Assembly: GCA_051942205.1 (NCBI GenBank)
Contig: JAVECO010000153.1
Location: 1 to 58,119 of the forward strand
Direction of reading: 5' to 3'
DNA length: 58,119 nt
Source: Coniocarpon cinnabarinum
Taxonomy: Eukaryota
Positions 12,427 to 23,353 of this stretch are shown here, in pieces. The position numbers and the translations under genes are program-made. Within the stretch, counting starts at the first letter, position 1, and each line of letters starts with the position of its first letter. Below the pieces are notes generated by a model. It made no database searches, was not told the origin of the DNA, and worked only from the letters and a program-made list of their open reading frames with translations.

Positions 12427-14543
12427 AGTCAAACGCATGAACCCGCTGCCACCTTTGATCATCGTGCTTCCTTCCGCCATCTTGACAGCCGATTCAACCC
12501 GTCGCCGCCACCAGGTTATAGCGCTCTCGATGCTGGACCAGGATCCGAACACAACTCACCTTTCACCCAGCGGACCAACTTACAACATCTTAATAATGGC
12601 CATGATCCTTCTCTTCCGCCAGCGCGGAACTCGACGTTCGCCCCGCCACCCATTGTACATTCGCGTGAAGTTTCCATCTCGCACCTGAAGCCTGAGCGTC
12701 GTGCTCCGCTGCCGAGCATTCTGCAGCCTCACCACGCCCCACGGTTGTCGCTTCTGCAGCCGCAGATGATGCCGTCTGGGCTTTCATCACGCGCCGAACC
12801 TGATCCAAGTTATGCGCCTCGAGAATACAGTTCATACGCCGCTCGTGATCCTCCACAGCCTCAGGCATTGCGTGCACCAGATCCGACGGAAGCCGAACGA
12901 CCTTCTGACGTGCGATTGTAGGGCGAGAAGCGAGTTCATGCCGCGCCGCCGTCCTTGCGAGATGAAGAAGGCGATTGTCGGCCGTGACTGGATGCAAGGT
13001 ATAGCGATAGAGGCAAGATATGGACCCATGGCGGGCGCAGGTGGTGGTGAAACAGCCAAGCCAACGCATCAGCGGCAGTACGCGCCAAATCACGCTAGTA
13101 GAGACAGCAAAGGAAATCGTTTAGAACGCCTACGGAGATCCGTGCCAAGGACTGAGCGTTCATCATGCTGGATGGGGAGCCATGAGTGTGGTGAAAGGCT
13201 TTGCAACTCTATGGTGAAGGTGTAGTGAAAAAGGCTATGTGGAGTGTATAGATTTGTATATGGCCAGTGATAAGTTTTGCCAGTTGCGGCCTAGGATGTT
13301 TTACAAAGTTCCGCTTCCCATGTGCCGCCGCAGCAAATCGTTGTAAGGTAGGCGTCAGCGATCCCCGAATCACACTTCAGAAGACGAGTTCCTGCGTCAA
13401 TCGTAGGAGCTGTAGCATCTCTCCTAACGAAAGATCTAGCAGAAAATTTTTCTGTTACAAATGACCAATGCACTCTAGATCCGCTACTTCGCCGTCTTGC
13501 GGCAATAGAAGGGCAGCAGCGAAGACATAACACGCTCTAGGAGACTTGCTTTACGCAGGGCATTGCGTTCTCGTCCCTAGCCAGTTTCTGGCATGACGCA
13601 GGAGCATGTGTGCAGGAGAAACCAAGGTCGTTCGTCGATTATGAAGATTCAACATCCTGGGTCACTTGTCTGTCACAAATAGTGGCCTCAGGTTTAAGAG
13701 CAACTGAATTCTAAGTCTGACGAAGAACATGATACGAGCTCAGGCAATCACCTGACATGTAGTAAACTTCCCTCAGGCTAGAGGCTTCTCCTTGCTCTGA
13801 TCTTCGCTAGATGTCCCAACTTGCCGAGTGTGTAGTTAGTCGTTGTTGTCGTAAGAAGACACGTCTACAGCTTCGTAGTGCTCATCAAGGAACTGTTGTG
13901 CAGCAATGTATTCACGGTAGATGGCACAAATCAAACCTATAGTATATCTCTCTGAGGTTGCCAATTTCGAAGAGTAAAGCGAAAGAAAGCGGGGTCAATG
14001 CGGTGTAATTCCAATAAGGCGACAAGGCAGACTAAGATAGGCATGGGAAAGGCGATAAGCTGTGTAATGCTCCATACACACCGACACATGGCGAAAGGCC
14101 GCATGTCAGATGTCACTGCAGCGGAAAGGTAGCAGATGCAGGGATGGCGATGCATCATCATTGTGCAGCGCAGTAATTGTTACCATCTCTTTGGCATAAC
14201 TTGGGCTCGCAGTACTGTTCGATAATTATCGAGATCGTATAGAAGTTGTTATGATTATTGCAGACTGGGTTTTAATCTGAAACAGACTAGTAGATGGCCT
14301 GTGCTGACAAAATGTCGCAGAGAGTGTGCAGGGGAAAGACCGGTTTTGCAAAGGACTGTACAGGCTCACAGGCTCTCTTCGAAACTTTTTCCGCACGGGC
14401 CATCCACTAGTCTGTTTCAGATCGAATTTAAGTCTACGATGATCATAACAAATTTTCGATAATTATTCATAAGTACTGCGAGCCCAAGCTACAGTTCTTC
14501 GCAGAACCGCTTTCCTTGCTGTGCACTCTCTTCAAAGGACAAA

Positions 14544-17173
14544 ATGTCAGAGAAAGCCGCGGATGACCAGCAGCCTGTTTTAGTGCAGTCTAGAGATCAT
14601 AGACAGCTACTCGATGTGATTGATGATCTCCGATCACAGGGAGTTAATCAATATCATTGTCTGTGGCGACCAGTCCTCAGGCAAAAGCTCTGTCCTCGAA
14701 GCTGTTTCAGGAATGCCTTTTTAAACCAAAGATAATCTGTGTACACGATTTGCAACTGAAGTTGTTATGCGAAGATCGTTGGACGTGAAGATTTCAGTCG
14801 GCATTTCGCCAGGGGCAAACAGAACGCCGGAAGAATGTGGTCGTCTTGCTCATTTCAAGTACACGGACGCAACGATCTATAAGCTTCCTGATATTGTTGA
14901 GAAAGCCAGAGAGACTATGGGCGTGGGCGCTGATGCCAAACGCTTTACCGAGGACGTCCTCAGGATCGAGTTGACTTACCTGGTCTAATCCAATCCGAGA
15001 GCCAGCAACAGACGATTACTGATGTGCAGCTGGTTAATGCTCTGGTACGGTCTTACATGTCAAACCCGCGCAGCGTTATTCTTGCGGTTGTCTCCGCAAA
15101 GAACGATTATGCGAACCAATCTGTCACTAGATTGGCCCACGAACATGACCTTCAAGGTATGCGAACACTTGGAATTGTTACAAAGCCTGATACTCTGCAC
15201 GTTAGATCTAAGAGTGAGAAAGGATTTATTAACCTTGTCAAGAACGATGCTATAGGTTTTAAGTTAGGATAGCATGTTATGAAGAACCGGGACTAGCCTA
15301 ATCGAGAGTGCTCCATAGAGGGACGGCATGCTGCAGAGAGATCGTTTTTTGCTAAAGGCGCCTGGAGTCTGTTAGATTCGTCTTGCCTAGGCGTAGCTTC
15401 TCTCAAACCACGTCTTAGTACTATACTAAGGGATCAGATCATTTCTGAGCTTCCAAGCCTTATACAAGATGTAGAAGCGGGGATTGAGGATTCTCGGAGT
15501 AGTCTGGATAGACTAGGAGACGCTTGACAAACAGTCCAGCAGCAACTATCGTACCTTGTGAATGCTAGCCAATCCTTTAGCCGACTTATCCAGGCCGCTG
15601 TTGATGGTGTATATTCGGACGAGTTTTTTGGAGACGCAAAGACTAAGATCGGATACAGGAAGCGTCTTCGCGCCGTAGTGCAAAACCATTTACAGCAGTT
15701 TTCTGACGATATCGCGACGAAGGGACATCGCTGGGAGATTGTACAGGATGATTTTGACGAGAAAAGTATTTATCCACAACAGATCAAGAGGTCAAGGTAT
15801 CTCAATAAGTGTCAGGATCCAGAGCTGAGATGGACGTGTCACGTGACTAGTGTCGCGCACGTGACTAGCTAGGGCACACAACCCTAAGGGCTTGGCGCAC
15901 ACTTAGATAGTCGAACTCGAGCATGGAGAAGCTTCCTTCTTCCTCATGCAACGTTCTAGTAGTTAGGCCGTCCTAGGCAGTCAGGAATCAATCCAATTTA
16001 GTGCTCCTAGGTCGCGATCCTTACAATAAGGTAAAGAAAATGATAAAGAGGAGCCGAGGTCGAGACTTGCCAGGGCTTTTTAATCCTCTCATTATTGGTG
16101 ATTTGTTCTACGAACAGTCCGAACCATAGAAAGGGCTGGTAGATGCCTGTAGTATTGCTGTCCAAGAGGCAGTCAGGGTTTGTGTAAGTTTGACCTTAAA
16201 GCATGTGACCGACGAGAACACATACGACGGCCTTAATCGCACAATTATCGCCCCTGCCATAGAGGGATACGTAGAAAAGCTAGAGCGGAAAGTGGAGGAG
16301 ATTATGGTTCCACATCAGAAAGGGCATCCAATCACATACAACCATCGTTTCACTGAGACGATCAAGAAAACTCGTCAAGATCATAATCGGACAAAAATGT
16401 CAGGAGCATTACAATCATTTTTTAAAGTTTCGTTACTAGAGTCTATCTCTCCTGGGTCATTGGACCTCGAGAGGTTACTAGAGAAGATTTCTTGGACGGA
16501 CGCTCAAGACATGGAGCGACTTGCCTGTTCTAAGGCGGCAGATTGTATGGAAGCGTATTAAGTTATAAGGTTTGTATATGACTTTTTATGCTTCCTTTTT
16601 ACCCAGACACTATGCATAAATAGCTTAGAGACAGCATTTAACTATTACAGGTGGCGAGGAAACTTTTAATTGACAACTTTGCTACTCTGGTGATCGAGTC
16701 GTACCTTCTTAAGACCTCAGTAGATATACTTTTACCTGCAATCATTATGAAACTCTCCGATGAAGATGTTCAAGACATTGCAGCTGAGTCTGAAGAGTCT
16801 CAAGCACAAAGAAGACTTCTCGATGCAAAACTTCAGAGTTTGAAAGGGAGTCTACATGTCTTGCAAGTTCTCGCTCGCAATAGAGCAGATTGTGTGTGAC
16901 ACCTAGCGATTATGAGTGATGCTTTGCTAACTGAGACTGACAGACAAAACACATAAGCCTAATCAGCCAGAAGAAAGCGTGTCACTCGATCAAGAAACAG
17001 ACGGAGCAAATAATCGCGTTCAAACGTCCGAAGAGCTTAAAAATAAGACACAGCCGGTGGATGATGGCGGAAATCCTGGACCAGATGGCAATCCAACAGC
17101 CCGGGCTAAGAGAAGAAAAGATTCGTCTAGGCATAAACCTTCTCAAGACGCCGACTTCGAGTCTTGGAGATAA
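14544..17173 (+). pseudogene. Dynamin-family (Mx-like) GTPase pseudogene
   Basis: G1 CGDQSSGKSSVLEA (~14662), LCTRFATE, ILAVVSAKND, RTLGIVTKPD, RGRDLPG and GED-like IAAESEESQAQRRLL. Contains frameshifts, stops and a solo-LTR insertion. Confidence 0.88.
15810..16025. mobile_element. Solo LTR (216 bp) with 5-bp target-site duplication
   Basis: TG...CA ends (tgtcaggatc / gatccttaca), ATAAG at 15805-15809 and 16026-16030. Removing it restores YLNKVKKMIKRSRGRDLPG. Confidence 0.9.
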
Positions 17174-17540
17174 GATTTGAACTTGGTGAAGATACTGTGA
17201 CGTTGGTCGAACTTAGTTCTACTTTATCAAATGCGCCATTTCTCCGGCTTTTCTGGATACGATTTCTTGTTAAAAGAAGGAAGGTGTAGCCCAAGAACGC
17301 GATGCTGTTGCTCTCCGCTTAGGTGCTGGCAAGACAAGGCTTTCCACGCAGTGCAAATGTTGCCCTTGCACAACTTGCGGCCCCGTTCGATATTATCGAG
17401 ATGACTTGGAATATTATGGACTCGGTTTGGAGCTGAAACAGACTATTAGATGACCCGTGTGGACAAAGTTTCGAAGAGTGATGAAAATGGGTAGGCCGGC
17501 TTTGCAAAGGACTGTATCTCTTCTGAGACTCTCTACGGCG

Positions 17541-18095
17541 CTACTTGGGAAAGTAGTTAACAGTCAGTATGCCTAAATCCGCGTTCTCCGCAAGCGCCTT
17601 CCAAAACGCTTTAATCCTCCATGACGCTGTGAGTTTCTTAGGCAGTAGAAACTCTGCACCCGGCCTGCGTGTCCATCTCTTAACGAAATCTTGATTGTTT
17701 AGATCCTCAATCGGAAGTGGCTTACTTGCGACGACGAAGCGTTCTAGCTTATGGAGTCGGATAAGCTGCCGCACTAACGATTTCACCTCGCTAAGAACAA
17801 AATGGTTACCCGCAACAGGTGACTTTCTGCATGCACGTAGGTAAGTTACTTAACATTGAGCCCAAGGAGATTATCCCAACACTCGACAGTTCTCCATGTA
17901 GTTATGCGTTAGATCAATAATCTCTTGCATCTGTGGAGAGAGTGGCTGGACCTCCTCTATTTCATTGAGAGAGCTTGAGCTCCAGGCCGAAGCTGGTAAA
18001 CGGCGAAGAGCACATATTTTTTGCGTCCGCATCAAGCGGAGGAAATTAAGAGGTGCAAAGAGCAACTTACTTGCATAAGTTCTATAATAAAACAA
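17541..18095 (-). pseudogene. Degenerate multi-exon gene fragment of unknown function next to the outer TIR
   Basis: Two short open frames separated by intron-like GT..AG segments, with stops at CAA/CAG-like positions. Confidence 0.3.
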
Positions 18096-18142
18096 GGCAG
18101 CTTTAAAGAAATATTGCTAATGTGCAGCTAATGCAAACTATT

Positions 18143-19146
18143 CTAAGAACCACCCTCATCGCTATGCCCGTTGTTATCCCCAAATCCTTCAAAAGGGGGA
18201 TCCTCGTAGACTTGAAACCAACGAACATTCGGATCAATAGGCTGGCGGCGCTCTATGCTGCGTGCAACACTACCAAGCGAACGCTCAAAAGCTTGCATGC
18301 TAGCACGCAACGAGTGCAAGTCCTCTACTCGATTGAAGCCAAATCCCACAGGAACAGGGATGCGAATGTGAAAGCCTGTCTTAGGCTGATTGAACGGATC
18401 GATCCTAGGTCCAGCGTCTTGCATCGCGACTTCATTGTCATCTGGTTGCTGCGCAGCAGAACGGCGCGACGGATTGTGCAAGGGAGTACTCGGCGCAGAG
18501 GTGTCTTGAGGAACGTAGGCTAGCAAGTATTAGCTAAGAGACTTACAATAGAGACTTACAACTTACTTTGAGACAACGAGCAGCGATTTGCACGTCCAAC
18601 TTGACTACAATTGACACACGCACCATTAAACAACGGCCCAACCGAGTCACTGGCTGTAGCACACACCAAGAACCGACCATTGCTACGCTGGCAGTTGTTG
18701 CAAGCGCTAGTACTAGAGTGCTCATTGCGCCGTGCACCCATCTGTGCAAGGGCGCCGACGATGTAGAGAGGATAGCTGCGTAGCCGAAACTCAGTCCTCT
18801 GGTTAGGACGAAACTCCAACTCGTGCGTTAATTGGTCCTCGTTGACAAGTCGTACGATTGCAGAAGTAATACCTCGAGTTTTGAATGGCTCGGAGGTACG
18901 GCGGACCCAGCGACGGAGATTGCGCATCTTCTTGCTGGTGATAGGCTCTGATGCATCAACTAAAGCATAATCAGTAAGAACTTATTGTACAAAGCTTTGC
19001 AACTTACGAAAATCCTCAATATCAAAGTCCTCAGCCTCATGGGCTTGGCCAGGACGAACGTTGCGATTTGAAGGCCCACCATCACCACCACCGCCCATGC
19101 CACTAGCCATTAAGCTAGGGCCGGGAACTCGCACCTCAATAGACAT
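18143..19146 (-). CDS. DUF3716-domain protein (three exons, apparently intact)
   Basis: ACNNCQRSNGRFLVC...FNGACVNCSQVGRANRCS matches the DUF3716 cysteine pattern. gtaagt...ag introns at ~18960-19007 and ~18520-18565. Confidence 0.75.
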
Positions 19147-19820
19147 TGTCGCGTTGAATTGTTGAAATTTGAACCGAGAAACGTGAAGCTGGTCTTGCAA
19201 GAAAGCGAAAAGTGGCAAGGCAGAGTATGACAGGGCATAATAAAGTTAAGCAAGTCGAAATAAGGTTAAAGAAGAAGAGCAACGAAGAAAGCAGGATAAC
19301 AAATTATATAACGTCCGTCCCTGCGTGCCGAGAAACCCCCCGTGCCGAGAAATTTTATCCCTTAAGCATCCAAATTTCTCCAACACAGGTCTATGGAGCT
19401 TGAAACATTGTCACAGTATTTCTCAAGTCTTCGTTATTACGAAAATAATGTGCAGTAGGAAGGAAATTGTTGTGTTAGTCTACCATTACATGGATTGTTT
19501 ACGTTGTAAGGAACCGTAACGGTCGCAAAACCTTATAGTGCTGTAAACACTGGTGTATCTTTACATTCGGAGCACTAAGACAACGGTTCTACCGGAGAAG
19601 AAGATAGCCTTAAGCTCTAAAGGGACCTAGCCTGTAGATGTATATAAACCGAATATTTTCCGTGCGAGCGTGCGTCGACCGCCGTACGATTTTGCCAGAA
19701 TTGTAAGGCAACAGGAGTTCTCCGCTTCTCCAACTTTCAACTGGCAGCTGTGTGATGCAGGCAGAGTTCAGCTAAACCGCAAGCCTCAACTTCGACCCTT
19801 TGGCGGAATAGTGGGGGGGC

Positions 19821-22800
19821 GTGGCTTCGTTGCTCAAGCCAAATCAAGGCATTAGAATCGCAGCAAATGTAACTCAACTAAGGATAAGTGGGACTCTACC
19901 GGCCCGCAAACAGGATCTAGTGCGGCGCTTCTTTAAACCTTCGCGCGAACCGTCGCCAGCATCGCTCACCATTAAACCACCATCGCAAAGCCTTTCCCAG
20001 ACAGCTTTGCCAGCCAATTCCTACAACCAGCAGCAGCCGGGAGAGCAGTTCCTAACGAGGACACTTAAACGCCTCAATCCAGAGATCCAAGAGACAATCA
20101 AAGACCTTAACTGCTATAACAGAGACATTACTTCTACAATCGCCCAAGTACTAGACGCCGCGAATAACCAGAAGAGAACGTGTAAAGCGAAACAATAGAA
20201 ATAGAGGATCCGTAGGCGCGAAGTCGATTTACAAGATGTAGCAGACAAGACCGTCTCCTGGTTAGAACGTTTTAAAGCTGTAGGCGATGTCGCTGTAAAT
20301 GTAGATCCTATACACGCTGGCCTTCCCTAGGCAGGGCTGCGGTTGATACTCGAGGTGTGATACCGATAACATTAAAGCCTAGCGTTTAAAAACTAACCAA
20401 ACCTTAGGCGGCTGTGTCTGAGCGTAACCAAATAGTTGCACTTCTTGCAGGTCTCGAGACTGTCCTCTACATATCTAATCGACTACAGGTGTACTACAGC
20501 AGATACTTCGTCTACAGCCCAAGTGCCAATCCAAGCTCAAAAGCATTCTCTAATCTTGACAATGCCCTAATTCGATCCTTTGCAATTTTGCGAGACTTTC
20601 TGGGTCGCGCTTTACGCACCTTCTAACAGAATAGTGCGACGAGGGCTTTGAAATCATTCTGGACGATTGACAACTATAAAGAGCTTAAAGAAAAATGCAA
20701 GGAGCTAGATTAAGAGGTATACAGAGACGCCAGCCTCTGTGATTAGGAGCTTGCCACTAGAGATTGTAAGCAAATTATAAGCCAGCTTAGAGTTGCCCTA
20801 AAAGAACTTAAAGATCAACGGGATTCCAAGGCTTCTCTTAACACGCTACACGATAAGTTTGACTTTAGCCGGCTGCTAACAGCTAAAGGCGCTACTTTTG
20901 ACTCGTACGAGGAAGGACAGAACATCAAATATCTACAAGGAACACGGATTAAACTACTTTAAGACGTTACTAACTAGACTAATAGCCGTCACAGCAAACT
21001 AATCTACTAGATTAATAGAATAGCGGGTACCAGAAAATTAACTATTTTATAGACAGTCGCGCGTAGATTAGATAACTAGGGTTAACTTAGAGCAAGCTTC
21101 TTCTTTAGAAGGAACAAAGCTAATCGACGTAATATAAGCAGGCTAGTTACTACGCTCGCTTTCTAGCTGGCCGCTAATGTACCAAGTATGCGACGTAGCA
21201 TATTTAATTTACTTAACAGACATCTAAACATCCTATAAAAGGCACTAATAGATTAAGTTATAGATTTGATCTACATACCTCTAACAAGTCTTCCGCCTAA
21301 TAAATAGATCTTTGTTACAATTAATACACTTGATAAATGCGACAATAAGGATATTCGGACAATTTTCTCGCTCCTCCGTTAACTAAGCCAGACAGATCCT
21401 AGCGCATGTGTCCAAGTATTCGTTACTAGTAGACCCGACTACCCGGTTCTTAAGAAATTTCTAAAGATTAAAGAGACGTACTAAGACATAATCCTTTATA
21501 AAGTGGAGAGGTTAGACATTAAGGCTGATATTAATATCTACTTAAGACATTACTTTTAACAACTTTAAGAAGAACAATCAGATTTACCGCTTATACAATA
21601 GCTTGCACAGGACTAGCCTAAACTAGATATCTATTAGGCGCTAGTACAACGCGCTGTTCCCCTCTTCATCTTTGCTGCTACGATTTGTCGATTACTCGCT
21701 AATCTGATAGACGACCCTAACAGTCAGCTTTCGCGTATAATACAACTATAGGTAGGTTTAACGTAATTAGAGCAAACATACATGCTAGTCTTCTAGCAGC
21801 TTATACAAAGCACTACTTAAGACAAGAGAGCGGTTACCTAAGATTATATAGGCATCCTTGGCCCAATTGTTATATTTGCAGATCCTCTCTTAGTTATAAG
21901 CATATCTGAACTACTACAGGTTAAAGCTACGACTATCTCCTAACGACTACTTTTACTACGTTCTATATTAAACGTTCTAGAGGACCCTAACACACCTGTT
22001 CGAACCTTCTATGCCTCGTTCTAAGACTTTCTTGTTAATCCTTATAGACATAATAGCCTGTTCTAGGTAGATAAACAACAGACCTATAACTTCTTAGCTA
22101 TAAAGTGTCTCGAACTTTTGAGTAGCTCTAGAGTACTTAAGAAAAATATTTGTAACTAAGAAAGCCTAGGCGTTAAGCAAAGCGACGTTTATAATAAATA
22201 TATCTTAGCTACTATTCTAGCGGAAATTATATATGTATGTTAGCACTAGGTATACTATCTACAAGAAGCCGGTAAAAGCCTCCTTAACGACAGGAATGCT
22301 CATCAACTTTTGCGAATATACCTGCTACACTGGATAGAAGCGCTTAGTTGGCTAGGAAATCTGTCAAGTATCGTTTCTCTCCTCGCCTCGTTGCGAAGTC
22401 TTATAGACGTAAGTTAAGTCAAACCCTATAGCGTACTATAAAAATATTTAGCTAAATTTAATCTATAGTCTTAATAAGCGTCAAGGTTAGCAGAATTCCT
22501 TGATAATGCAAAGCGATTCGTCCTCCAGAACCGATCGATTATTAAGTCTTGCCCCCGCCAAGTTTACGCTTCCTTATGTTTTACACCTCGCTCAAGTATT
22601 GTTAGACGTACGTTCTATAATGCCGTTGAATTACTAATCAAAGTTGTACCTTAAATAGCAGACTTATAGAGCCTTAAACTACAAAAGCTCGAGGGCCATA
22701 ACAGCTTAGTCTAGGCAGTCGCGTTCTCGCTAGACGGCCAGCTGCTCGCATTAGCGTCTGACGACCAGACAGTCAGGTTGTAGAACCCTGCGACAGGAGA

Positions 22801-23353
22801 GCAGGTGCAATAGCTCGCAGGCCACAACAACTCGGTCGGGGCAGTCGCGTTCTCGCCAGACGGCCAGCTGCTCGCGTCGGCGTCTAACGACGAGACAGTC
22901 AGATTGTGGAACCCTGCGACAGGAGAGCAGGTGCAGCAGCTCGCAGGCCACGACAGCTCGGTCCTGGCAGTCGCGTTCTCGCCAGACGGCCAGCTGCTCG
23001 CGTCGGCGTCTAGCGACGAGACAGTCAGACTGTGGAACCTAGCGACAGGCGAGCAAAAAGGGCAGTATGACATGCAGTCTACTTACGTGCGGAGTCTTGT
23101 TTTTTTATGTGACGGCCATTCCTTAGAGACTAACATCGGCCAAATAAATCTGCGTCCTGAGCATACTACAATTTCTACGAACAAGACGACAGATGCTTGC
23201 TTTTTTGACATAAATGATAGGTAGATAAGATACAATAGCAGCGATCTTGTCTGGCTGCTACACGAGTGGCGCAGATATTGTTCAGCTACTTTAGATAGCC
23301 GACTAGCGATAGGCAGTCGTTCAGGTCGACTAACGTTTGTAGGTGCAGTCTAG
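19821..23353 (+). pseudogene. NACHT-WD40 NLR (NWD/HET-E-like), RIP-inactivated; start approximate
   Basis: N-terminal FKAVGDVAVNVDP.HAGLP(W)AGLR, NACHT A.GATFDS...GTR, degenerate P-loop at ~21013-21045 (NGMAGTGKS after de-RIP), FVTSRP, PLFIFAAT, HWIEALSWLG, and WD40 GH...V.AVAFSPDGQLLASAS.D.TVRLW. Numerous stops. Confidence 0.9.
22688..23065 (+). repeat. Three near-identical 126-bp WD40 repeat units
   Basis: Units begin at 22688, 22814 and 22940 (exact 126-bp period). Confidence 0.9.

Larger units (their letters stand above)
8753..14358. mobile_element. Inner non-autonomous TIR element of the same family (~190-200 bp imperfect TIRs, TA flanks) carrying BTB and HeLo-like genes
   Basis: TA|cagtcctttgcaaaaccgg at 8751 and ccggttttgcaaaggactg|TA at 14358-14360. 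8753-8942 aligns with the reverse complement of 14156-14358 (e.g. caagttgtgccatagacatagtaatagttgctgcgccgcacaatgatg vs caagttatgccaaagagatggtaacaattactgcgctgcacaatgatg). Confidence 0.88.
8723..17514. mobile_element. Outer non-autonomous TIR element (5'-CAGTCCTTTGCAAA family, TA flanks) carrying a dynamin-like gene
   Basis: TA|cagtcctttgcaaaaccgg at 8721 and ccggctttgcaaaggactg|TA at 17514-17516. The left TIR is split (8723-8750 plus 14361-~14490). Its second part, ctcttcgaaactttttccgcacgggccatccactagtctgtttcag, matches the reverse complement of ~17433-17478 (ctcttcgaaactttgtccacacgggtcatctaatagtctgtttcag). Confidence 0.85.

Noticed and set aside
4513..19310. Segment between inverted ACGT-family TIRs treated as one 14.8-kb element
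   Set aside because: The TIR tips (ACGT next to TA) face into this segment, so they are the right end of one element and the left end of another.
22814..23065. WD repeats 2-3 look protected from RIP (possible gene conversion)
   Set aside because: RIP density also falls toward the other end of the element and at the LINE 3' end, so an edge effect is sufficient.
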